Shown here: in pieces, positions 1 to 11,725 of the stretch
How positions within the stretch are numbered: the stretch's first letter is position 1
Layout of the letters: every line of letters begins with the position of its first letter
Source: Mytilus trossulus
Lineage: Eukaryota
Assembly: GCF_036588685.1 (NCBI RefSeq)
Contig: NC_086377.1
Coordinates: 9,796,001 to 9,860,000, forward strand
Length of the DNA: 64,000 bases
Direction: 5' to 3'
Notes under the pieces: generated by a model
The model's input: the letters and a program-made list of their open reading frames with translations, nothing else
Told to the model about the DNA's origin: nothing
The model's database searches: none
Translations under genes and position numbers: made by a program

Positions 1-1088
1 CTCAATTACATTCGTGCAAAACAAAAAGCAAGTCTTAGTTTCATGTTATTTTCAGTATGTTTTTATCAACACAGGATATGTTTGATGTCAACTACGATAT
101 TTTTGGTCCACTACGAAACAGTTTTATCAACTACCAAACTCATCAAAATGTCCACTACGTTACATGAGTTGTACCTTCATATGTGAAGTACTGTCTATTA
201 TTTATCGATAAAAAGTGGTTCTCCAATTCAGAAAAAAGGTTATCGTTCTAGTCTGTAAAAGACATCAAAATGCAATAAGATGTGCGTTTAGGAGCAGTTT
301 CATAGTGGACACATGTTCCCTACGAAACAGTGCATAAATTATGACAACATATCATATTAAAGAGTATTTAAGATTGCTCATTTTATTAACAAACAGGTCT
401 TTAATAGAGGTATTCAAAATAACTTTAATAATTTTGTGTTAGGTCTAAAATTCACATTTTTATTGAAAAACGCCCAGATATGTCTAGATATATTTAGCAA
501 GTTATAATTACTTGATCGTAATTTATTCCTGTACAAATAAAAGATAAGAATTATCATCTGACTGTAAGAATACGCTTTAACAGTTTGATATTTTTGTGCC
601 TATCAATTTCCTTAAGATGTTCTTTGTATGCATTGGTGTTCATCATTTATATGTTGTCAATATGTTTTTTTCTAATAAAAAAATGTAAATATTTACGTAT
701 TTTAAATTCAGATTTGGTAAATAAATAATCAAATTTTAATTTCGTGGATAATTCTTATTCACGAAATACAGGAAATTAAATATGAAAAATTCTTCATTTA
801 CAGTAAGATTATATTTTTTATTTCAATTGTAATGTACATACTGATCAGCGATTTGTATAACACGCCTAAGTAAAAACTAAATGTAAGTAAAATGAGTAAG
901 TATTCAACCTAATCGGAAAGCTGTTCAACCACACCATAGGTTTGTATAAAAATCATAATTGTTTTACTAGTTCTATTTAAAAGACGCGTCATACATTATT
1001 AGCTGTCAATTGTGTATAGTGTAGGATTTTGTTGTCATTGTTTATTTGCCGTTTAATGTAAAGTACCTTGTAATGAATCATTGACAAC
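1..1088 (+). repeat. Upstream segment duplicated at about 30180-31334
   Basis: Colinear high similarity, including recurring CCACTACG/CGTAGTGG motifs. Confidence 0.85.
974..990 (+). promoter_or_regulatory. Candidate TATA-like core promoter (TATTTAAAAG)
   Basis: About 115 nt upstream of the ATG; identical TATTTAAAAGACGCGTC in copy 2 (~31219); ATTTAAATAC at a similar position in copies 3 and 4. Confidence 0.35.
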
Positions 1089-1855
1089 ATGGCTCAGGCA
1101 GCTTTTAAAACGTGTGAGATATGTGTTAGTGCCTCTGGATCTCATTACTGCTTAGAGTGTGAACAGTGCTTTTGTGACAATTGTAAAGGCTTTCATAAAC
1201 GGCAGAGAGGGACAAAGCATCACCAGTTCCAGTCTTCCTCTGATGTTATACCGGAAGTTAAATCAAAATGTAAAGACCACAATGAAGACATAAGTTTTGT
1301 ATGTAATACCTGTAACGTAGCGGTATGTAGCAGTTGTGTGACTGGCAGTCACTTAGGGCATGCCTTTTCTAAACTTCTCGACAGCATATCACAGCTGAAG
1401 GAAACGAATACAACAGACCTGCGTAGAAAAGTACTACAGTCAACCCAAAACATGAAGCAGATAGAAGAGGGTCTGAAGGCATTTGATGTGAAGGTGGAAG
1501 GAATAGTTAAAGCTATTACAGAAGAAGGTACAAGGATAAAGACCATGGTTGATAAATGTATCTTAGAGAAGATTGCATCGGTCAAGGATCAATCCAGGAA
1601 GGAAAGGGACAAATTAACAAAGCTGTTGGAAGATACTCAAAGTAATTTGAAGGCAGGACGCGACTTAGACAAGAAAATACATGAACTAAACAAAACACGA
1701 AACGATGGAAAATTGTTGCAATCTTTACAGAAGCTAACAGCCGACATTGTAAAGCTGACGGTAACGCTTAAACCTGAATTTCCGAACGTACAGTATACTG
1801 TTAAGTCCGCAACAGATAACGACGTTAAACAGTTGTTTGGTAAATACATAATCAG
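1089..1855 (+). CDS. Copy 1, exon 1: RING-less TRIM-like protein (B-box1, B-box2, coiled coil)
   Basis: ORF 1089..1859 with CEIC..HYCLECEQCFCDNCKGFH..H (B-box type 1), CKDH..FVCNTCNVAVCSSC..H..H (B-box type 2) and a long charged helical region. Good start context (ACAACATGG). Ends at phase-2 donor ATCAG|GTAATT, conserved in all 4 paralogues. Confidence 0.92.
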
Positions 1856-3560
1856 GTAATTATACTAAAAGTAACTAAGCATTTTGTAGTCGTAATACAT
1901 GTTTTAATATAACCCATAGTATCCTAATGAGAAAAAAATGCAAAAACACAATAATGTTGTTTTTTTCTAATATCAAATCATGTCTGGATATGATATGACA
2001 GACGAAGGAGAGATAATTCATGAAATACATGTTTGTGTTCATTACAAATGTATTGTTTAATATTATGGATTCAAAATGTGATCCAGTAGATAAATACGGC
2101 AGTGTGCATTTTAATTTGTATTGATCTCGACAATACGTTAACAAATGTACAAATGTAAAAATGCAAAAATACTTGCTTTCAAACCAGAACAGATATATTT
2201 GTTTTTCTCGTTATTCAAATGTGTTATTCTAATTGCATGCATTTTATGTAATATTATAAAAGAAATAAAGACAAAAGAAGTATACCGCTTTACAATAGTC
2301 ATAATAAATCGATTAAACCACATGTAGAATAAATCTGAACAAAACTGAGGGAAACACACATTAACTACAAGTGGAAAGCAACAGAACAACATAAACACTA
2401 TTCTGCTACAAAAACAAACGCCAGAAATACAAAGAAAATGACTTTTTGTTAACAACTGTCATACTCCTGACACTTGACAGAACATTTTATGATAAAATAA
2501 ACATAAAAATTTCTGTTTTTCTTTTATCAGTGAAATGCCTACACAACACACCATGAACAGAGAAATAGAATTGCCATCACCCAAGAGGTAAGGAATATAT
2601 TTGTATATTAAACAGTTTTTAAACTACGCTTTTGACAATGTTAACTTGTCATCAAATGTTTGAGTGAATTACACATTATCTTCTTACATACCTCACCATT
2701 TGACGTGGCAACGATTCTGATTAAGTTTGCATTTTATCCTGCAATTGGGTGTTCTACTATACAGATACAGCCTGCTTTGCTGTACTTGCATACTATACAG
2801 ATATCGCTTTAAAGCTCCACCCACTGCCAAACTGAGTATCGTATGAACCTGCGTGACATCAGACTGTTTATTGCAGTTGCATTCCAATGAAGTATTAATT
2901 GTGAATTAACGATAACTTTATAAATACGTTCTGTTTGTTTTCAAACATTTCTTTAGAGCAACAAGAATCCCACCAATGTTTTGATAACATACACTCATGA
3001 ACATCAGTCTTTTCTACGATGACTTCTATTTCAAAACTTGTGTATGATTTTGTAACAAAAACAGCCATGTCAATTTCAGCATGCATGTTTAGTGAATGTT
3101 TCAAATTGGACAAAGTAGTGTGATTTGTTTTTACTGTTGAAATTAGTTGTTATGCGAAACTAGATAATTATTCACCTAGAACGATGTATAGGTGTTGATC
3201 ATTCGATATTCTTAATTTGCAAACACGTCGTCAACTGAATTTGTGATCACTGTATCGTATGACTACACGGATCTCAAGAGGGATTTCAATTCAAAAATAA
3301 ATGCAAAACATGTGTTTGTGTCTTTCAAAACAAAAATAATAAACAGAATCGTTTGCAGGATAAAGACAATAACTGTTTAGTGTCTTTAAATATCAGCTGT
3401 ACTCGATTCGAAGCAGGTGTAGTAGCTCGCGAAAAGCTCGCATACAACTTGTTTCCTAGCATCGTACAAATACAGCTTACATTTAAAGACACAGTTATTG
3501 TCTATATATATTGTGTACACCAGTTAACCGTTTATTTTTATTTTCGATAAATCCATTAAA

Positions 3561-4010
3561 AAGTCTCTCTGGTTTATGCCGATCCTCTTTTTCCTACTAC
3601 GTACGTTAAACCACACTGACTCAAGCACGATAGCATTTAAGTTAATAAATCTTCTTATGATATGGAAACGCATACTAGTAGCATACATTATTATCAATAT
3701 TGTTTAGATTTTGTTGCATTTAATTTTCGTAAATATACTGCTTGTTAAAATGTGCCTGCTTCTCTAGTTGAAATATTTAAAACCTTTCTATGCTTAAAGA
3801 GTGTCTCTATGGTTTATGTATCTCCTCTTGTATCAACTACGTACGTTAGAACACACTGGCTCGAGCACGATTGCATTTAAGTACATAAATATTCTTATGA
3901 TATGGAAACGCAAACTAGTAGCAACAATTATTTTCAATAGTGTTTAGATTTTGTTAAAATGTCCCTGCTTTTCTAGTTGAAATATTCAGAACCTCTTTAA
4001 ACTTATACAA
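3561..4010. repeat. Two tandem ~240-bp units in intron 1 (also two units at ~62541-63000, one at ~33070-33280)
   Basis: Repeated tctctggtttatg...ctagttgaaatatt. Confidence 0.8.
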
Positions 4011-4922
4011 TATAACCAAAATATAAAAGTTATTCATCACAATTATCTATTGAGGCACGTATAATCAAAAGACGCCAAACTGTTTTACAACAACATAACA
4101 CAGTCATACTGTTTTGTTAAGTGTAGTTTGTCTTTTTATAAATAGTTTTTGTATGCAATATCTTTCCTCATATGTCGAGGAGTTCAACCACTTCAGCATT
4201 CACATTCACAATCGACTGTTGATGAAAGAGTAAACGACTTCAGCAGGTACATTCACAGTCGACTGTAGATTAGGTAGTAAAAGAATCCAGGAGTCACTTT
4301 CATAATCGACTTTTGTTGACGGGGTATATGATTTTATCAGCCACATTCCCGAAATGCATCTGGAATTAGTACCATGAGTTTCGATTGTATATAGTATACT
4401 TAAGAACTATCAGTCATTACTAAATGGTTGGAGTACTATGTAAACTCTTATATTGTTTTGGTGATGTCATCCAATTTTGTTTAAAGGAACGACAAACATC
4501 AATACGACCATTCCAGCTAAATAAAAGTCGAAGTTAATTAAAATGTTTTGTCAAAAATTAGACACACTACGTAACAACAACCCCCACTTACAACAAATGG
4601 TGAATTGTGATACTCTTCGTGGGTAAACAGTTTCTGTTCTACGCGGAACCATAGGAAACTTCTGTGAATTTAAGCAATATATCTTCCCGGAAAAAGAAAT
4701 GTATCTCAGTCTGGGTGTGAGCTGATTTTTCGTCTTTTATATTAATATTACAATTAATTCGAGATTCATTAACTTGGTTTATGACTCTTGTATATATTTC
4801 AAATGATTTTTGATATTTTTGCACTGTTTATGTGTGTACCAGTTAGTAATAGCTTGTTGGATTTTAATATCATCTTGAAATAGTGTAACTTTTAAGTCAA
4901 TCAATAGTGTTGCTCATTGTAG

Positions 4923-4988
4923 TGATTACAAACAGGATGTGATACCAAAGGAGCAGGGAAAATGCCTGTATAGATGTGAAAAGTGTGG
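4923..4988 (+). CDS. Copy 1, exon 2 (66 nt, phase 2-2): (S)DYKQDVIPKEQGKCLYRCEKC(G)
   Basis: ctcattgtag|TGATTAC...TGTGG|gtaagt; in frame with exon 1; homologous exon at 33884-33952. Confidence 0.85.
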
Positions 4989-5176
4989 GTAAGTTCATTA
5001 TAATTGTTTTTATGGACATGACACACAGTTGTATATCTATATCATGTGGCGTATCAAATGTATAATTGCCAAGTGTCAATGAAGTGCATAATAACTTGTT
5101 TTTTTTCTCGAAAAATGCAACTGTTGTCATTTGTTATTGGCTTACGCCACACATATATTTGCACTTTTTAAAAAAT

Positions 5177-5260
5177 CAATAAGAAACATTGATGAACAAA
5201 TCAATACGAAACATTGATGAACAAATCAATACGAAACATTGATGAACAAACCAATAAGAG
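5177..5260. repeat. 25-bp tandem repeat x3
   Basis: caatacgaaacattgatgaacaaat repeated. Confidence 0.85.
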
Positions 5261-6858
5261 TGATAAAGAGCAGCATTGACTTGTAAATAATTTACACATA
5301 TGTATGCAGGTAATGAGCAACATATATTCGCCTGCGTCAGCAGTGATGTAAATGGATTTATAATAAAAAGACTTGACGACACTCATATGTAATCACTCAT
5401 AGTGAGCATTTGGTGGTTTGATACTAAATCATTCACGGGTATTGTGCATGATATGCATAATATGGAGAAATTCATTTTTTATCAGTTAAGTAGTGGTCTG
5501 GAGCTAGCATGCTTGTCAGTAACTGCTAAATTTAATAGTCTATGTTAATATATGAATCATTGCCATTTTGCATAGGTTTTTAAATTACCTTTTCTGACTT
5601 CAGACTCTTTTAAACTGAGTTAATCGCACGAGGTTTGGCTAGACATAAAACCAGATTATACAAACCAATTGCTCTAAAAATGTCCTGTTTCAAGTCAGGA
5701 ATATTGAAATTGTTTTCAAATAGTTCGGTTCTATGTATGTTGCATTGACCTTTTTTTTATTGCAGTTCAGTGTTTCTGTTGTTCATTTGTGACTTCTTAT
5801 AATTGGTGTGTTTCTCTCGATTTTAGGTTTGTAACCGGGATTTGTTTTCTCTCAAAATATTTATGACGTTGAACTACGGTATACTACTGTGGCTGTTATT
5901 GGTACTATCTGGATAGCTGTGTGTTTTTTCTGTCGACATTGAACAGGTGTTTGCACCTGTCCAAATTCAGGAGTCTCTGAGTCTTTGTTAGTCTTTTTCA
6001 ATTTTAATTTCAGTTAACTTATGTGTTTTGGAGTTTGGTATTACGTCAATAAAACTGAGTTAGTTCACATTTTTTGTTTAGAGGCCAGTTAAAGCCCGCG
6101 TCTAAGCGAAGGATTATCTCGCTGTGTTTAAGACCCATAGATTGCCTTCGATTTTTCTCTGCATTTTGTTCGGGATGTTGTCTCTTTGACATATTCATAT
6201 TTCCATTCTCAATTTTACTTGGAAATCAATCTTAGAGGGAAACATATATGATGTTTGGACAATTGTCGAAAGGTCTTAAAATAGAATACACATTGGTACA
6301 CTAATGCAGTTTTGTTTGTTTGAAATTCCAGAAGAAAATTGAATAGCTCAACCAAATTCCTCAATAATAAACGACACAGAATATTTTAAATTGAAAAGCA
6401 TCTAAAACTAAACGACATTTGCCCTTGTTGACGGTTTTGTTTCAGATATTTTAAACGTTAAAAAGGCATAAGGTAGATGACGTATAGCTCTTAATGTAGA
6501 AAATATTGATTAATTAAGATACTTTTTACATATGAATTAGATTTAAGTTACTCAGTTTTGCTGAGTCAAGTCAAAATATTTCTTTTAAGACATTAATTGT
6601 ATAATGCAATAAAGTTAATGCCGCAAATGTTATCATAATAATGTAATGCTCAAACATAACGATTTTAAATGGTTATCTCACAATACAATTTAACTAAACA
6701 TGTACATTGTAAAGGTAATAAAATGAAGTAAACTTAACAAGATTTATTAGAACTATTTGTATTGCTTTTGAAATGCTATCTGGATAAACGGCAACACATC
6801 TATCAGTATTTTTGTTTAGAATGTGTAACTGACACACTTGATCTGTTTCATCTTTCAG

Positions 6859-6879
6859 AACGAAAGAGAGATCTGATAT
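6859..6879 (+). CDS. Copy 1, micro-exon 3 (21 nt): (G)TKERSD
   Basis: tttcatctttcag|AACGAAAGAGAGATCTGATAT|gtaagt; same-length homologue with near-identical flanks at 34773-34793. Confidence 0.82.
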
Positions 6880-6899
6880 GTAAGTATGATCTACGTCTA

Positions 6900-7520
6900 C
6901 TTTAGACCGTTTTACAGTGCTGTACAACTTTGTACATTTTTTCACATTCGATCTTTTATATCTGGGCGTCACTGGTGAGTCTTGTGTGGACAAGGCGCGT
7001 TTTTGGCGTATTGAATTTTAAACCTGATGCTTTTTGTTATCTATTAATCATGTTTTTTCTTTGTCTAATGTGTTCTATTTATTTGTATTGTAGTCCTGTA
7101 ATATTTTGTTGTCATTTCGATGTTACATTTAACTTTGCCATTAAAGTGCGAGGTTTGGCATGCCAAAAAAACAGGTTCAACCTGTACCAAGTCAGGAAGA
7201 TGGCCATTGTTATAGTATTGTTCGTGTCTGTGTGTGTTGCATTTTAACGTTGAGTCGTTTGTGTTTTCTCTTATTTTTGAGATATTGAGATAAGACGTGG
7301 CACGGTACTTGTCTATCCCAAATTCATGTATTTGGTTTTCATGTTATATTTGTCATTCTCGTGGTGTTTTGTCCGATGATTGGTCCATTTTGTGTGTGTA
7401 TTGCGTTTCAGTGTTGTGTCGTTGTTCTCCTCTTATATTTAATGCGTTTCCCTCGGTTTTAGTTTGTTACCCCGATTTTGTTTTTTGTCCATGGATTTAT
7501 GAGTTTTGAACAGCGGTATA
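6900..7520 (-). mobile_element. Dispersed non-autonomous repeat, family B (AAATAAAGGCAACAGTAGTATACCGCTGTTC end); other copies at ~5620-5900(-), ~22795-22930, ~36547-37010, ~37995-38320, ~44367-44705
   Basis: Multi-copy similarity within the window in both orientations; class not determined. Confidence 0.7.
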
Positions 7521-9446
7521 TTCATAGAAATATTTTTTTTTAAGAAGAATTTATTCATCATTACATATAAAATTTTGAGAATTGTTGGGTTTTTAATTTT
7601 AGTATTTCGTATAGCTTGTAAGCATGTATAGACAGTATAGACAGTTGAAAAATCTAGATAATCGCTGAATTAAAAGAGGATTTGTTTTATTTTTATTATG
7701 TTCACTGAGATCAAATAATATTTTTGGTTTGGGAAGTTCCCATGGAGGACATTTCCAAGTTTTAACTTGAGCAACACATTTTAAATCAAAAGAAGCTAAA
7801 TGTGGTTTTAAACCTATACCTAACGGAGGAACTTTATTTTCATGTTTTGCAAATCTATCTTCATAAATCGGATTAAAAACACAGCTGTAGGCAGGATTAT
7901 CTAAATGTAATTGTTATTTGGATGGAGAGTTGTCTCATTGGCACGCACACCCCATCTTCCTATATCTATTTGAATTCGAGCGTCACTGATGATTCTTTTG
8001 TAGACGAAACGTGCGTCTGGCGTATATACTACATTTAGTCCTGGTATCTATGATGAGTTTATTTAATCAACTGAATATGTTTTAGGATTACCATGCTTAC
8101 GATTTATTCCACTCATACAATTGTATGTTTGATGTTTTTACTGAGTTTGATAGTGTTCATCTCCTTTATTTTCTTATTTCAACCAGGAAACTAATAACTT
8201 CTCTGCGGATTAAATATAGCACATACATAATTGCATACAATTTCTAAAGGTATGGCTTCCCTTAAATAAGTTATCGAACGTCATCAGTTACCGACCATGT
8301 AATTGCCAGTCGAGATCGGTAAACACTTTCAGTAGTGGACGTTTGAAATGTATAACTACATACAATAATGGATATGTTCTATTTGTCAGTACATTTCTTC
8401 TATTTTTTCAAAATTAAGTTACAATAAATTTTGATGCGAACCATACGACAGATGCTGAGTTTTCTTTGTATTTTTATCAGAAGTTTTGATAGGCCTTTTT
8501 TTTGTTACTGTGTTGTATGTTTTAGTTGGTTTTTTTATGATTTTCGTATGCCCATCGAATTTTGTTTAAAATATCTATTAAGAAAATAAGCAATTAACCT
8601 CTATTTATATTGGAATAGAAAAAAAAGGTCCCATTACAGTAATTGTGTCTCTTATTTTGCTCACACGTGCACATTGTTGTCAATTCAATGGAATTATATG
8701 CCACTTTCACAAGGTTGAGAAGTTAAGCTAGTTATAAACAAAGTTTTATCCATAATTTCCTACATCAGGAAATTCATGTACGAAAAGATTGGCGAGAGAT
8801 ACTAGACTGACAATCAAACTCATGGATAGAAAATAAACTGAGAATGCCACGGCTAGGAATATAAAAAACGACAAAGACAAACAGAAAAATAATAGAACAC
8901 AAGACATAACACAGAAAACTAAAGACCAAGCAACACCAACTACACCAACAACTTGGTAAAAACGTATATAATATGTTTGCATACTATGTAATTGACAAAA
9001 GTGTTTTATATCTAGCTCCTTATAATTAAATCTTTTCGGCTAGTCATAATCAATAACAAGAAACAATCATTGTTTTTAATATAAAGATAACCACACACTA
9101 GTCAATAAAAGCAATTATGTTTATGTATTCATTTTGTGAAGTGGTTTGTACACATACATACCTCGTTTTACAAATCAAATATTCCTGAAAAAAAAATCGT
9201 TCATAAAGGCCATTCTGCGACCGATACTATTCATTTCTATTTGTCCACTTCATTTAAACTTTGGTTAAAAGTTTTCCATATCATATAGGTATATCAAAGG
9301 TTGCTCGAGCAAAAGAAAGAGGGAAGATATAGAAGTAACATTCCTATGTATACAATAGGTTATCACACTCCTGTGTATATAACATGTAAATACATTCATA
9401 TGTATGCAAAAGGTAAATATTTCAGGATGTACGCCTCCTACTCAGA

Positions 9447-10160
9447 AATCCAACTATAAACACATCAGACATAACTGTATATGTCTAATCCAACTATGAA
9501 CACCTCAGGCATACCTTAAAATGTCTAATCCAACTATGAACACCTCAGGCATACCTTAAAATGTCTAATCCAACTATGAACACCTCAGGCATACCTTAAA
9601 ATGTATAATCCAACTATGAACACCTCAGGCATAACTTGAAATGTCTAATTCCAACTATTAACATCTCAGGCATAATTTTAAATGTCTAATTCAACTATGA
9701 ACATCTCAGACATACCTTAAAATATCTAATCCAACTATAAACACCTGAGGCATACCTTAAAATGTCTAATTCTAACTATGTACATCTCAGGCATAATTTA
9801 AAATGTCTAATTTCAACTATGAACACCTCTGTCATAACTTAAAATGGTTTATGCAACTATGAACACCTCAGGCATACCTTAAAATGTCTAATCCAACTAT
9901 AAACACCTCATGCATACCTTAAAATGTTTAATTCGAACTATGAACACCTCAGGCATAAATTAAAATGTCTTATTCAACTATGAATACCTCAGGCATAACT
10001 TTAAATGTCAACTATAAACACCTCAGGCATATCTATAAGTGTCTAATTCCAACTATGAACACCTCATACGTAACTTTAAATGTTACATAGAACTATAAAC
10101 CCCTCAGACATAACTTAAATGTCTCATTCAGCTATAACAACATCAGGCATTATTTTAAAT
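9447..10160. repeat. 40-bp minisatellite, about 18 units
   Basis: Unit aatccaactatgaacacctcaggcataccttaaaatgtct, head to tail. Confidence 0.93.
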
Positions 10161-10364
10161 CATCTCAAAGACTATAATAAAATATGATAAAACAGAATAT
10201 CACACATGATTAATGTCTTCACTATTCAATATTCTCACAGAACAAAAGGTAGTCTCAAAATGTTCTACTTTTACTGCACTACTTATTCAATTAATTCTAT
10301 TGTCATTTTTATAATTCAATGCTAAATGGTTTGTTATTGTATGATGATTTGTTTTATTTTTCAG

Positions 10365-10373
10365 GCGGTACTG
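10365..10373 (+). CDS. Copy 1, micro-exon 4 (9 nt, GCGGTACTG)
   Basis: gttttatttttcag|GCGGTACTG|gtaagt followed by the conserved ACAGATAAGT motif; frame-preserving. Confidence 0.72.
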
Positions 10374-11048
10374 GTAAGTCTCAAGTAGCAAACAGATAAG
10401 TATAGCTCCCAATTATATATGTAGTTTATTATATATAAGATATTTATACAAAGGTGTAAAGTGAAACAATAATTATGCCATTTATAAGATGTATGATAGA
10501 CTAACGTTATGTCTACGAAAGAGGCGGACGATACCAACGAGACGTTTAAACTCATTAGTCAAATGGAAAGTGATAATGCATTGACAAAAAACTTTTCAGA
10601 CATAAAGTCAATTATCAGTATACAAAATACCTTATGTTATTTTATGCGCTGTTTTCTTGATTAACGTTCATTGAAGATGCCTAAAGCAGAAATGTTTAAA
10701 TCATATCACGTATAATAACCCAAACTGTTGAAGTTATGTCCATAGAGAACGTGCATCAATATGATTATACCGACATAACGTCAGCTTTTTCGAGGATGAT
10801 TAAACCACGATTTCTTTACATATTTTAAATGTATAAAGTGACAAATTATTCAAAAAGCACATTATTTTGTATTATTGATGGCTTTACTTTTTTTAATAAT
10901 CTGGCATAAAAAAACTGTTATCTTAAAATGTTCTCCTTTCTCGATACTACTTATTCAATTATTTCCATTTAATATGGGTGTAATTCATTGCTGAATTGTA
11001 TGTTGTATGCTGGATTTTATAATTATTCATTTGATTCTTTTTTTACAG

Positions 11049-11051
11049 CTC
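11049..11051 (+). CDS. Copy 1, micro-exon 5 (3 nt, CTC)
   Basis: ttctttttttacag|CTC|gtaagtgtcaagtagcaaacagataagt. Confidence 0.65.
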
Positions 11052-11722
11052 GTAAGTGTCAAGTAGCAAACAGATAAGTATAGCGTACAATTATATATGC
11101 AATTCACAATATAAGGTTGTCGATGCATTGATTGTAGTAGAATATATAAATAAAACAATAAACCTATCATTGACATAATATAATTATCTCAGACGCGCAT
11201 GCAGTCAATAAAAGGGTCGGCAAAAACCAATGCGACATTCAAACTCACTAGTCAAATATTAACTGACAAAGACATTACAAAAGCCTAAAATGACAAACAA
11301 CAGTATTCGAAGGAAAGAAAAGCGGGTGATTTCATGTGCAGTTTTCTAGATGTTACTGCATAGGAGACGTTAACAGCAGAGATGGTTAAATCCAATGACG
11401 TATAATAACCAATTACCAACACATTTAAAGAACTATATAAACATAGAGAACAAAACTAAAAATTGTTAAACCCAAGGTCAGCTTTCGTCGATGGTGTTTA
11501 AATCTAAGTTACTTTATACATTTATAAAGCGACACTTCAAAATCATATCATTATCTCATTTCAATGTATGAATTATGACCATACCAAATTATTAATCTGA
11601 TAGAACAAGCTGTCATCCCAACATGTTCTGCAATCCCTTTACTAATTATGACATTAATTCCATTCTAATTGTGATAACTCATTGCTAAATGGTGTTCTCT
11701 ATTTAAGATTACTTTTTTTCAG

Positions 11723-11725
11723 CCC
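11723..11725 (+). CDS. Copy 1, micro-exon 6 (3 nt, CCC)
   Basis: actttttttcag|CCC|gtaagtgtctagtaacaaacagataagt. Confidence 0.65.

Noticed and set aside
1349-1585. Antisense 78-aa ORF present in all four copies
   Set aside because: Lies opposite the highly similar coding exon, so conservation is a by-product
9447-10160. 40-bp repeat array as CRISPR-like
   Set aside because: Units are head to tail with no unique spacers, no cas genes, eukaryotic context
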